Made by a program: the position numbers and the translations under genes
The notes under the pieces: generated by a model
What the model saw: the letters and a program-made list of their open reading frames with translations, nothing else
What the model was told of the DNA's origin: nothing
The model's database searches: none
NCBI GenBank assembly: GCA_021613535.1
Contig: CP075497.1
Span: 10,726,001 to 10,790,000 of the forward strand
Length of the DNA stretch: 64,000 nt
Source: Adineta vaga
Lineage: Eukaryota > Animalia > Rotifera
Direction: 5' to 3'
Shown: piece by piece, positions 25,098 to 39,114 of the stretch
Numbering within the stretch: position 1 is the first letter of the stretch
How the letters are laid out: each line of letters starts with the position of its first letter

Positions 25098-28000
25098 TTA
25101 ATTTGTTTCATTGGCATTAGTATCAAGAAGTTTTTCACGAGTATCGCTTGGAGGAGACGTAGTATTAGCTACTGTGGGCTCAGCGGGAGTACCTAGAATG
25201 CACTTATAATCTTGAATGACTTTTTTTCCTTTCTGAAAACTTACGAGAAGATGTTGCCGTTTGTTTAGCAGCTCTTCGTCGACGTCTATAACGTAGAGTC
25301 ATTAGAAAAATTGCAACAAAAAGAAGAAGAAGAATGCTGGTTAGAAGAATCATCCAGGTCATTGATGCTGGTTTCAAAAATGGATTGGTTTTTGAATTAA
25401 CTAGAATGAAAACATCAAAAATATTTTGCATTAAATCTTAAAAATATTGATCCTACATTCATAAATTGCATTGCGACAAACTGCATCACAATGTTTAGAA
25501 TCATTACATTCTTCTGTCATTGCAATACAACGATTTTGATCATGACATTTACATGTATACTAGAAAAACAAATGAATTTTTGTCTTCCGAAAGTTTTATT
25601 CAATTAGATTACCTCATTTTCTTCAGGCATCTTGTGACAATGTAAATAAAATTCGTTTGGACAATCGAATTTATTCGATATATTTCGACATAGATTATCA
25701 ATTTTCAAACATTCATTTTGACACATCACATGTGTAACTAGAAATAAGAATTTGAAAAGAAACTAAATGAATAATTCTTTTTTACTTACATTTTTTCTCA
25801 GTTAAACAACGATTTGGAATCTTTTCTATTGATTCAATATTTGTTGTCATTTTATGACAATGTTCTTCATCATTACCCAATGGACAATCATCAACACCAT
25901 CACAAAGCCATTCAAATGGAATACATCTACTATTCGAAGTTTGTTTATCATGATAATAGCAATCAAAACCATCATCTGCTTTTTCTATTGTACATCGAGT
26001 CATATTTTTAAAAGATTCAGTATATTGTGTATGATCTCGTTCACACAGAACAGCTGACTCAGCACAATTAATACGATTTTGACATAGAACACGACCAAGA
26101 GCACATTGATTATTTACTAATACAAACAAATTTTTGAGTTTAAATTCAAAATTTTACCAAATATTCTTTACCTGTTTGACATGTACCAGCAGCAAATCGT
26201 TCATTTATTGGACATGAACATGAGTGATATCTTCATTAGAAATAATAAAAAACAATTAAAATAAAATATTTCTTACTGTGCATTATCACTACATAAACAA
26301 CGAAATCCTTCATTTTCCAATGGAATACAAATATCAGAACAAAGATTACTTGCACAAGGATTAATTGTTCGGACTAAAATTAACCTTTTAATAAAATATC
26401 GAATTACACATGATATGATTATTACTTGTACTTTTTGCTACTGCAGGAGTCATATCTACGAATAATTTCAATGAATCAAAACTTTTCAATTTCGTCATAT
26501 TTTTTGCATAACTTCGAGCTAAAATATCAATTGCATGTAAATCGATCATCGTTGTTTCCGTTTTATTATGAATTTCATTCGTAAAATAAAGTATTGGATA
26601 AACAAATAATGCATTATGAATGTTTGACGAATGTTCATAGATTATTCTTGGAATTAAACGACGATGATCCAATGTATTTAGACCGTATATCGTTGAATTG
26701 ACAACAAAAATAACTTCATATGTAATTGGATCATATGACATGTAACTAATAGTGGAATTATCGGGAAATAATTGAATTTGTTTTTTCATTTGTCCTTGAA
26801 GATTTGCAATATGAAATATTGATGGAGAATTATGTGAAATCCAGTAGAGGTTTGTTTTGATAGGATCAAGAAGTAATATTGCTGGTTGAATATGTTGATT
26901 TTTAACAATAGTACGTTGCTTTTGTGTACGAATATTCAGAATGAAAATATTTTGTTGAAAAGTAATTTGATTTCGAACAAGAACATACAAATTTTGTGTT
27001 AAACTATCAATTGTTAAATATTCAATTTTTCCATCTAAATTTTTATATAATTCATTATTTGGATCAAAGATCAATTCATTTTTCCAACGATTTGATTGAT
27101 AAAGATTTTGATCGATTCGGTAAATACTTGCTGTACGATCATATTGAACAGCCATATAAATAAGTTTACTATTCTCATCAAATGCTAATGCAGTTATTTC
27201 ATATCTTTGATCCATAGACCACAGAGGATTTCGTATTAAATCTTCATCATCATCATCATTTTGATCGAAATCATTTGAATGAATTTCTACAATTGATTGT
27301 TTTGTTTCTGCATTCACACCGTATATAAAGAAGCTTCGTTCACTTGGACTATGACGTGTAACGAAAGTATCAGCAAGATAATTTTCAATTCCATGTTGGC
27401 ATTGATTATCAATTGATTTTGCATATCCACGACGTTTTGTTAATAATGTGTTATTATTCTCATTACAGGAACAATCTTGTGAAATAATAAAATGAGATTT
27501 GGGTAAACAAATGCCATCGAGTGAACGTCGATAACCAGGTAAACATTGAAAATCAGATAAAGAACATGCACATGATTGAATTCGAATATCTGTTGCATTA
27601 TTAAGACATTGTGAGCCAGATATACGTCGTTTGTAATATGATTTTGTACCATTGATACAATTGCCTTGTAAAGACCATTCTTTTAATTGATGTCGAGCAC
27701 ATTGATCAGCTAAATATATCTTTATTACATATTGAATTAGTAATGAATAGATTACTTACGAACAAGAGTATTAAAATTAAATTGAATTAAATTGAAAGAA
27801 TTCGTAGTATTTATTGTTAAGATATAAAAAATATTATTCGAATCAGCAAGTAAAGATAAAATTTGAAAGGATGTTTCATTTAAGAATGTTTTCTCATGCC
27901 AGTTACGGCCATAATCAGTTGAATACCTTGATAAATGATACGAAAAAATTCATATATGGGAATTTCCATTAATAAATATTCTACTTACTGAAAAGAATGT

Positions 28001-30190
28001 TGATCATTATCAGGTACAGTAATGATAAGAGCATTTGGATTTGATATTGCTGATACATTATTTTGACCTTTAGAACTCTAAAGAACAATCATAGAACAAA
28101 TTTTTATGAAAACTTTCGAAGAAAACTTACTAGTCGCCATACTTGTCCTCCATCGGATGATATAGCAACATAGTTATTTAAACCATTTGTAGCTTTAAAT
28201 CAAAAAGATGCTTTTTTTGTAAATCAGTCGAACAGTTCATTAAATATTTGATTACCTTTGCCTACAATAATTCCTGGTGCTTCATTGGAAGATACTAATG
28301 AATTTAATACGATGGATGCATTTGTTGGGCAATCGATCATCTGATATAAATAAAACATTTATTAAAAAAAAACAAATGATTTGAACATACCTTATCACAT
28401 TCATAATGCGTTTTATTCCAATTAATTCCATTATCAAATGAAATGACTGTAGTTGGTTCCGATGCAATGTTTGCTAAGAAAACATTTCGTGATAGGCCAT
28501 GTATTTGATACAACGATACTTGTTTGGAAGAACATCTACAAATTAGAATTTATTTTTCAACTTTTGAATTCAATATTTTCCAATTTTACTCAATTGTATT
28601 TGGTGGACTATCATTATTATTCAATTCACATTCAATATTTGATAAATTAAATAAATTTCCTTTCGAATAGCCAATAAGATTACATGTTGTTGATAATGTT
28701 CCATTAGTTTCTTCGAATTTATTAACGGTAGTAAATAAAAGTAATAAATCTTGAGTATAGATATCTTCAATAGCACAATAAAACTAAAAAATATTTGTTT
28801 TTATCTAAGAAACTTTAAAATAAAGATTTTTCTTTCGTACATTTCCTTGCGATTGTAATCGTTTGGGTAAAACTTGAAACCCATCATCACCTAAATTATC
28901 TATATGACTAATACTAATCGGATCCTAAACAAAAGAAAACTATAAATAATAAATAAATTTAATGAAATTTCATTTTACATTGCTATTCAATCGTTTTGCA
29001 AGTAAATAACGTGAAAAAAGTTTGGCTATTGGAACATCATTCAGAATAGTTTGTGTTTTATATGTTGCCATATCCAGTAGTTTTATATTACGAGTATGTT
29101 GAAGAATAACAAGTGAATTAGTTTTATATGACCTATGAAACTTTGGATATTTGTATGATTTATTAATTGAATAAAAACATACCAGCCAAGTATGGTTGAA
29201 CTAGCAGTATCATCCAATTTATTCCAATCAATACCGAAATTTGAACTAAAGTATAACTATACATGAAAAAGAAAGGGAATCATTTGAGAAGTATATAAGA
29301 TATCAAATTATTACAGCGATTTGATCAGATGTTTCAGCAAACCATAAATGATTTGTCGATGAAAAGACATGAATTCGTTTAGGTTTAAAAGAAATAAATA
29401 ATTTTTGTTGATGAGTAGAATTTAATATCGAAATTTCTTGACTATTATCATCGAAAATAACAAGTGTCTAAACGAAATATTCTCGATTAAATTGAATATC
29501 GTAGATTTTATACGTACATTTGGTTGATTTATTGGAATAATCATTGCATGTTTATAATGATTATGAATAGTTCCATTATGTTTATTAATTAAAACGATTT
29601 CATGTTCTTCTAAGATAAGAAGAATTGAATCATTAAAATATGTATTTAATGTTAGATCCGAAAATGATAATGATGATAAATTGACATTTAATGAATACTA
29701 AAAAAAGAAAATATGCAAAAGTTGATGGTAAAAAAGTATTATTTCTTTAATGACTATGATCAGAACTCTTCGTACATTGACATGTGTGAATATGAATACA
29801 TAATTTACACACATTGAAATGTATATCTGAGAAAGTTAGTCAGTTCGTTCTCAAAGCAGCTGGTGATTGTTGACATTAAATAAAGAGAAAATTTACCTCG
29901 GTTACAAATTGATTTGTGGGTTCTTGATCAGTTAACGTCGTCGCCATTGTTGTTGTTGTTGTTGTTGTTGTATTTGAATCGATGATTGCATTAACAAGAT
30001 CCTCAACAATTGATTCTTCTGTTATTGTAGTTGATGGTGATATCAGCAAGATATCATCATGATTATGATCATGTAAACTATGTTGTTCCTCAATGAGAGA
30101 AGGAATCATAGGAGTTGTATCCAAACATAGTCCAAGATGAATATTCAATAGAAAAACCAAGATACAAACGAAAGAAATTATATGATGCAT
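25098..30190 (-). CDS. Sortilin-related receptor-like type I membrane protein (signal peptide, VPS10-like, beta-propeller, EGF, LDLa, TM, short tail)
   Basis: Signal peptide MHHIISFVCILVFLLNIHLGLC; Asp-box-like repeats (FSSNFGIDW, SYNGINW, SSDGGQVW, STDYGRNW); Cys-rich 10CC-like segment; YWTD-like propeller (LYWIS); EGF CASNLFSDICIPLENEGFRCLC; LDLa CIPFEWLCDGVDDCPLGNDEEHC; TM WMILLTSILLLLFVAIFLMTL followed by RYRRRRR. Confidence 0.72.
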
Positions 30191-30885
30191 TATCTGAAAA
30201 AAAATCTTATAAAAAAATAACATTTACCGCGAATCATAAAAATGAAGCAGCTGATGCAAACCACTGCGTAGATAAAATGAAAACGAGAAAAAAAGACAGA
30301 CACACTGGATAACTATTCCTTCATATATTAGAATTTTTATACGAAACATACCGAAGCATATTGATGTGCATGATAATTCGTATGCAAAACATTCAAACGA
30401 CTATCTATTGTATTGCCTAGTTAACACATATTTATACAATATATTAAGGTCAAAAAGCGTTTTTTTATTCTTTTCTTCCCACATGCTGAGTACCATCGTT
30501 ATTATATTATATAGACGCGAAAACGTACTTAGTAAAAGTTGAAATTCGAAAGTAAAAAGGATTATTCTTTGATTATTTCTATAAATGAGAAATCTTACGA
30601 AATTAACACTTTTAAAAGTATTTATTTGACATGTATTAATTCTGTGATTGTTCTTTTCTAATTAGAGAGAAGAGAAGTTCTTTTGCAAACTGGGAATCGT
30701 TGTTTCTATACATATATCACTATGAGATTCTTGATTTGTATTGTGTTTTCACGGACACAATCGTCAATCTTTTTTTTAGTTTCTCACCAATGAATCGAAT
30801 ACACGGTTTTTTTATCCTTCGCACACTTACTCGACGACATGTATTTGTTTTTTTTTCTGTGTTCTCAGCTGCTTAGACAATCACA

Positions 30886-30907
30886 GAGAAAGAGAGAGAG
30901 AGAGAGT
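30886..30907. repeat. (AG)n microsatellite; a similar AG-rich tract lies at ~31004-31025
   Basis: agagaaagagagagagagagag read directly. Confidence 0.7.
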
Positions 30908-31639
30908 GACGAGTGAATATGTGAAATGATGTTAGTAAAAATACATATGTAACCATCATATACGAATGGCAATAGATGTGTATAAAACAAAAAGAAACCC
31001 ATCGAGAGAGAAAGAGAGAGAAAGAAAACGAGTAGAAAAAATAAGGTTGAATATATATAAATGATACTCTTGATGAAACGAGGATGATGATGATTGATGG
31101 TATGCAGCTAATTTTGTGATTTATGAAGTATTTCTTACTGTTGTATGAATTTAATAAATATCAACTGAGAAAATTAATAACGATCAATTGATCTTATCAA
31201 ATATACACATATTTTATGGAGCGAAACGAGGTTTTTTTTCGTTTCTCTCTACCGAAAAAGTGACAAAATACACATGTTTCAAGGACTTTTTTCTAGAAGT
31301 TCATTTTGTCTGAAAAATACTTAATGACAATAAGAGAAACAAAAACATTATTTCAACTGTATAAAAGACAACAGTTTTAAAATAATCAATAGATGTTCTC
31401 GAATTCTTTTTTCAAAATATACCGTTAGATTTCTAGATTAGGTTTCATTTCATTCTTATTAAGACGCTTTCTTTGTCTATCACTGATATCAATATCTCAT
31501 CTTTTGTAACATTCTCTAAACTAGAAGTTACACATACAGACACTTGTTAAATTTCATATTCTATAATTAGATAAAATTTATTAGCTGAAAAAATTTTGTT
31601 GTTAACATGTCCTCTGGATCTTCTATTGAAAATTGAGCC

Positions 31640-32492
31640 TTACTCACACACCCATCGAACATACGGAAATAATCCACCTGAGAAATGATTTGTAATACGA
31701 TAGCAAAGTGGCGTAAAAGATGGATACGAGTAAATTTGACATTGAGCTTCCCGTAACTCTGACAAATAATTAACATAAGAAATAATTTCATGATTTGAAA
31801 AGTCAATGGATGTTTCCTGAACATTTACTGCAAGATACAAACTGACGTGATGATCAATACTCTCTACATCAAGAACTTAGTACTCTGATGTTCAGTTTCA
31901 AAAGAGTCGACAAACAAAAACAGTCATTATGTAATTACATCTGTTTAACACTGTTAAGTTGGTCACATTGTTAGGATTGATTGTAACAAAGTGTTTTAAT
32001 CTGATCTTTGTCTAAATAAACATGTAAATCATTAGTGAGATATAATATCTAAATATTCATATAACAAGTCTCATAGATTTCATCATTTCTATTTTTAGAA
32101 AAAGGAAATGATCGAATTGAGTAATATCTTGCTGATCAAAAGATATCGGACTGACTCTTCATTAATATTAAACAGACCAAGTATATGTAAATTAGGATAA
32201 TCTACAGCATGTATAATATCATTCATAGATGATGATTCAAGGTCAAGTCATTGGATTTTATGATGAATTAAAGGTAAAAATTTGTAAACAAAATCGATTA
32301 AGAGTCATATGAGAAGAAATGCGATCAGTTAAATTCCATGACAAGCATTGAATAAAACTCAAGTGACTTGTAAAAATTGGATCTTGAATAATTCTATTGC
32401 ATCATTGATTGACACATGGAAACTGTTGAGTTTTTTCAAAATAATTTCATCAGGAAAATCATTCAATCCAATCCAATACATCAATATTCCAT
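31640..32492 (-). pseudogene. Decayed F-box/LRR-type gene of the family expanded in bdelloid rotifers
   Basis: Reads MEY*CIGLNDFPDEIILKKLN...NRIIQDPIFTSHLSFI...LNRFCLQI/LPLIHHKIQ*LDLESSSMNDIIHAVDYPNLHILGLFNINEES...EIISYVNYLSELREAQCQIYSYPSF...ITNHFSGGLFPYVRWV, with in-frame stops, frameshifts and internal deletions. Confidence 0.75.
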
Positions 32493-33462
32493 GTTTATTC
32501 TTAATGATATATTCTATTTAACCGACGTCATCAATTCAAATTAAAACGTCTTCCAATCACGTGTGACATTGAATCTAAAGGTTACAGAATAGATTCTAAA
32601 ATACGCAGTTTAGTTTATTTAGAATTTCATATTCAACTTGAACAGTATTTCTTTGTTTATACTTTAGCATGTCGCTATTAAAAATTACATTGGTTTTTTC
32701 TCTTACAAAGCTCTTCAGAAGAATTCGACGACCTCAACAAATGATCTCGAAGAGTTATTATTTAGCTTTAGAAAGATACTTTCCGAACTTGTCATTAATT
32801 TTAAAATAAAATATATGCAGTGGAAATTCTTAATCTTTTCGGTTTGTATCATGAATGCTAACTTTGTCAGCGATAAGTTCGTTCAAGAAAAGTCGACAAA
32901 ATCAGAGAGATGTCAATATATCCATCATTATCCAAGGAAATGAGCTGAAATTTTCTCTGAAGGTATACAAGAGATGAAACTAGGTTGTGCATCTCGATGT
33001 GAATGAGAGTTGATTTGCATTTAATCTACAGAAGCCAAACTTGTTTAATTCAAGTCTTTATCTGCTTTGTTACATAATAATAACAGCAACGAGTTCTTAT
33101 TCATTTTGAACGTTGATATACTTAGCTGTTTACCATAGAATCTACTATATTGTTCGTGGTCGATTCGTTCATCGATACCGAGTGCATGATGAAACATCTT
33201 TTCTTTCCATGATAAGAAACAAGACAAGAGCAACATGAATTTCATGATTACAATAAAAACTGGACGTGTTTAATTTGTTAGAAAAAAAATGAAGCAATTA
33301 GGGAAAACAAAACGAGACATTCATAATCACAAAAATACACATTCAGTTTCGTTTGTACAATATACGAACAAATAAAAATACATTCTGAATATTTATATCC
33401 GTCTATACATTTTAATGTTCAACATCAAATCAATATGATATTCATAAGTAAACATTATTCAC

Positions 33463-36400
33463 CTAAGTTTTAATCTCATTATCGAGTAGATCGGCGACAT
33501 TTTCTTTTTCTTCATCATAATGCTTTTTATGAATTATCGTTTCATGAGATTCGAGTTGATTTGTCAGTAATTTGGATATTGGACGATAGTATTTCAATGC
33601 ATTATTCCATTCATCACGTGGAAATCTCATATGAAATACAAAAATAGCTAAAACAATTAATCACAATGTCGAAATTTCTTCATTTATCATAATAACTTAC
33701 TATTATTATTATCTTCATCAAGCACTTTCGTTTCCGTCAGTTTGGTCTATATATATATAAAAATGAAATCAATATAGATCTATATGTATTGTATGACTTA
33801 CTTGTATGAAATTAATGATGAGATCAAGTGACATTTCTGTTTGAAGAATGGCACGTGTTGAATCACAATCAAATGAACAGGCGATTAATGTTGGAAAAAG
33901 TATATCCATATATTTTGCTTCCACAAAATAACGAAAAGGTAAACATGATAATTGTTGTAAAATAGTCGGTCGATTACCAAATGCCAAACGACACTTCAAT
34001 AAGAAAAATCTCACTTCTTTATCTAAATATTTCATCTAGAATAAACTTACTTGGTTATCTTGGTTTAAAACACAATAATAACCCATGAGAAGAATAATCT
34101 GATTGATAAGAGTATCATTTATAGTTGTTTGCTGATGATTACAATACGCCAGAATATAATTAGCTACATGACGAAGTTGTAGAGAGATTGTATCTTCACC
34201 AAGAACAGTCTAAAGAATAGAAGAATATGTAAGATGAAAATGAAAATGAATTGGTTTAATTCTAACTTGAAATGTGTCAAGATCAAGAATTGCAATTGTA
34301 TTCAATAGAACCAATGAATTTTGCACAATGATCAATGTTTTCTCATATAAAGTTATTGTAGGATGATTATCATTGATTGTTTGATTGTTGTTATCAGTTT
34401 CATGAATAAGAATACCATAGAGTAACGAAAATATTTCACAGAAATTTGTTGCTTTTATTATATTTAGAACTTGTGCTGGATCATTTGTTGATTTTTTTGA
34501 TGATGATTGATTAAATGGTGAAAGACAATGTCTAGTTGAAAAGAAATATATTCAATTTATTTCAAGAAAGAAAAATGAAAGAATTACTTTGGTTGAGAAA
34601 AGAGAATCATTTGTTGAACAAGATTGAGTAAATGAATTATCATATCTGGTAAACGTGAATTTGTAGTATTAACAATTGCACGAACTGTACGAAAGAATGA
34701 AGCAATTCGATCCAGAACACCCATATTTGCCATATAACTAAATAAACTAATGAATATTTTATTCTTAAACATTAGTTTTTCTTTTACCTGATGAAATCAG
34801 TTAAACGACTAAGAATTAATTTATCTTCATTTGTTTCATTTTCATGTTGTCGAATATCATTCACGATCGAATTGTACATTATCATAAGATTAGCAAGAAC
34901 TTCAGCCAAATTATTAACTAAATCAATTTGAGCAAGTTTTTCACTTTCACTATGATCATTATTTGTTGTTGTTAAATCATCAATTTTCAAACACTAAAAC
35001 AATTTTCTATGGACTAAAAACTAAATGAAATCAATACTACTTACAGTCAAATGTCGAACAAGACTTTCAACTAATGTTAAAATTTTACCACTATTTAATA
35101 TATACAAAGCATTCTCGAGATTATTGTTGGTTGCTGCGCGATAAACAGATACAGTTAAAGCAATCAGACTAAAAATGTTTTCAAATGAAATCAATAGAAA
35201 AGTCTATAAGTGAAAAGTACCTTTCAGGTGCAAGAGGTGGTTTATGACATTCTGCACGTAATTCAATCATCTTTGTCAACGTTGAATAACCATTAAGACT
35301 GAAAAATACACGTTGTTCCAATGGTGAATCCTATATAATCAATCATGTGAGTACATAGGTCTTCTTCGAATATATATATTTCTAACCTTTTCATAACCAT
35401 GTGTATCAAATATCTTGACAAATTCAGTTAAGATACGTTGGCATGCTAAATAATTCGTAGTATTTAATGGTTCCTTTCGTGCTGTTGTATTTAATGATTT
35501 TTCTAATTCATTTAGAAAACGTTGAATACTAAAAGAAAAAAAACATACATAGATATTGAAGCAATCTCAAGATTTATGGTATATGCATTTGTACCGTGGT
35601 TTGTGAGTGGATGTAATATGTGGCCGTTGAGCATTTTCAGTTTCATACGCTGTTGAACTAGAAAAAGCAGAAAGTCTTATGAAAAAATCGACTCAATATT
35701 ACCGTTGAGTCATTCGAAGGCGTAGTTTTTTTGCTCGTTTTTTCATTGTATGTTTTCGTTCTTTATTAAATGCTATTTCTTGTCGAACAATATCATCATT
35801 GGTAACTGTAACAATACATTCAGTATTGAATATATTCTAAAGAAATACAAATCAACAAGTGATTCAACTACAATAAAATTATGAGTAACATACAATTTCT
35901 TCTTGTGTCAGTTGTTTTTTTGTTCCATTTTCATTCTTTTGATTCAATCGTTCGATCAATACTTGATTATGACGTGTACCTCGTAAATGTGTTTGTAAAT
36001 GAAGATCAGAAGCTAACTAGAAAGGATATATCGATTGAATGCATCGATGAACTCAACTAAGAAAATAAGACTCACTAAAAGATTACAGAGTGTACAACAT
36101 TTACGGGTTGGAATTGGTTCTTCACTTGTTGAATTAGCAGCTGTAATTTTGTTCTCATCGTGTGTGGAAGAAGTATGATGCTGATCTTCAGCACTTGGTC
36201 CACGCATTGTACTCATTTCAACAGCTTTTCGACGAATTTCCTCAATCTGAGTGACATGCCGTCGACTACTTTCTTCTTGCTACAAATAATAGAAAAGCAA
36301 TGAACATAACCAAAGAAGAAAGATAGATACTTTTGTTGCTAATTTTTTTTGTAATTCAACAGTAGTTGTTTTTAGATAAGCAACTCGTTCTGCTCGTTTT

Positions 36401-38888
36401 TGTTGAAGACTTCTATAAATTCAAAGAAAACGAAATCTTTTAATAAACATTGACTTTTATCTTCAAACTTTTGTTTTGCGATTGCTGCTGTTTGCTTTTG
36501 TTTTCGTTTTTCATTCAAATGTTGTTCAATCATTCTTTCTTTTGTTTTCCATTTTTCTTGCATTTCATTCAAACGTGTTTGTCGTAGAGCTTCTAACTCT
36601 TTTCGACGATTTTCTGCTGCTAATTCTCGTTGTTTATGTTCATCATGTTTCTTGACGCGTTCCTCTTCAAGATATTGTTTAAATTGTTCTTCTTTTTGAT
36701 AACGTTCTTTTAATGTTTGTCGACGATTTTCGTGTTGTAATAATTTTATAAATGCGATTTCTTGTCCTTTTAGATCTTCATCACCGGCTTTTTTAGCTCG
36801 TAATAAGAGTAAATATTGACGTTTTTCTTCAGCACGATGCATCTTCATTTCAATTGTCGCTTTACGAGCTTTGATTAATTCTTCTTTCCATTGACGAACT
36901 TCATTTACCTAATCAAGAGAGAAGAAAAATCAATGAATAACTTCGGATACGAAGAAAATTTTACTCGTCGAGTTAATTCACGCATTTTTCGCGTTTTAGC
37001 ATCTCGTAAAATCTGTCGTCGTTTCAATGCTCGTGCTGAAAAGACAACGAATTCAATATAATATATAGAAAAAAGTATTCAATTTCCAAGTACCTTGCCG
37101 TTCAGCTGCTTCATGAAGCGTTTCATTGATAGGTCTAGAGAAGAAATGAAAAGTTTGTTAATAGATAGTATAAAATTAACTTTAAATAATACCGAATACG
37201 TGAAGGTGAAGAGAACTTCTTTTGTGCACGAAGACTTTTTGGTCGAGTTTTTCCATCCGGTTCAGAATCATTGACATCGCGTGACATATTCAATGGACTT
37301 GCACCTTTGTCATCTTGATCATCTTGTAATGCCATAAAATAACTTGAAGTTTTTGTTGTCTACAAAATGGAAAAGTAAAATGATAGTAGGACAAAAATCT
37401 TTTCTTGATATGTTTGTGTACCGATAGTTCACTTTCTTCTAATTCAGATCCATCATCACCACCTAATAGAAGATCATCATCACTAACATTATTCAATTGA
37501 TGTTCAAGATCTTCTTGTTCAGCCATTAATGAAGCGATTGTGCGTTCTTGTTCAGCTTCTAACGCTGCAGTTAATGATTCCTCTTGATCAAATGCATCAA
37601 ATATTTGCTAGAAAACAAACTTTCAATATAGTCTATTCTGATCAAAATAATAATGCTGAAGTCTTCATCTGTTTTTAAATCATTCTTTTGCACTTACTCG
37701 ATCCATAAAATCAATCATTCCACGATGATTTCTTAGTAGAAGTTCTTCATCATCATCTTCCGATGTCATATTTTGTTGTTTAAGTCTTGTTGTTGATAAT
37801 TGATGATGATATCGATGATGTCGATTAGCATGAATTGATTCATCTCGAATATCTTTTTCATCATCAGCATCACCAGCTGTTTCATCTGTAAATATTCTTT
37901 TTGTCGATAAAAACAATTGATTCGTACTTGAAGTTAATGTCATTGTTGAATCATTTGTTAATGTTGTCGAAGAAAATAAGGACGGTAATGAAAGTAAACT
38001 TGAACTTTCAGTTGCTTTACGATATCTATTCGATTTTTGTCGTTTGAAACGATTTGTATCGAGTGTATTATGTGGTGAAGTATTATTAATATTTAAATTA
38101 ATGTCACTGTTATGTAAACGCTTTTGTCGACGTGATAAATCATCCGAACAAAAAAATTCATCTAATAATCAATAAATATAAGAAAAAACGAATGATTGGG
38201 AAAATGAAATTACCGTTGCACATGGATTGAGAATGTTCTAATGGCCTAGAAATACGAAAGAAAATAGTGTTATTTCAAAATGAATATGATAAAGAATTTG
38301 AGCGGAATAAGATCACGAAAACAATCAGATCCGAAAGCAGATATAAAAAAGCATATTTCACAAAAAATAAAACAACCTGAAAGGTAATATGTCTATCTGA
38401 AATGAGGGTGTGGTGGATAAAAAACTATGAAAGATTCGGTAAAGTAATATAAACTTTGCAAATTAAATTTCATGAAACATTTTCTCACCTTGTCATATCA
38501 TTGGTTTTATTCTCTTGAAATTTATTGGCAAATCTTTCAAATATTTTACAATATTGACCAAGATATTGAAGTACTTCCTATAAAGAAGTTAAGATTTTCA
38601 TTGGAAAATAAACAAATTCTAAATGCAATTACTTGACATTGTAACGGATCTTGATCTGATTCACATGTTTGATAAATTTGTTCAATTGATCGTTTTAAAT
38701 TATCAAATAAAAATGTCCAATAACGCGAATGAAAATCTGATCCAACTGAACTAGTGTCATGATTTACATTTCTATTAGTAAAAGCACAATTTCAATTATT
38801 CACTGATTGATCGAATAAAATATTTCTCTTACTGATTGAAATCTTGTGTTAATGGTGGTTCTTGTTCTGGAACAGCAATATTTGTCAT
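33463..38888 (-). CDS. SCAPER: S phase cyclin A-associated protein in the ER
   Basis: N-terminal RYWTFLFDNLKRSIEQIYQTCESDQ; KFSSPSR; long coiled coil; C2H2 finger CTLCNLLLASDLHLQTHLRGTRH; C-terminal GNRPTILQQLSCLPFRYF...LFPTLIACSF. Confidence 0.9.
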
Positions 38889-39114
38889 CTAAAAGAGATG
38901 TTCACATCAATAATTTCATATTCGTTAATAGAAATCGAATAAATCCTGATTAGGAATGTTTTTTATTTTTATTCTTTTCGATAATAACAATCAACACAAA
39001 ATAGTAAAGTTCACGAAAAAAGAAACTACATAATCTTAGAATACCTATACTCATTCTTATGTTTTGAATATGCACCAATACAACATACAAAAATAATAAA
39101 GCTATCAGATCTGA

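Noticed and set aside
32600-33250. Possible hAT-like transposase relic or 66-aa ORF
   Set aside because: Only a vague YFPNLSLILK resemblance; no TIRs, target-site duplication or catalytic motifs could be supported.
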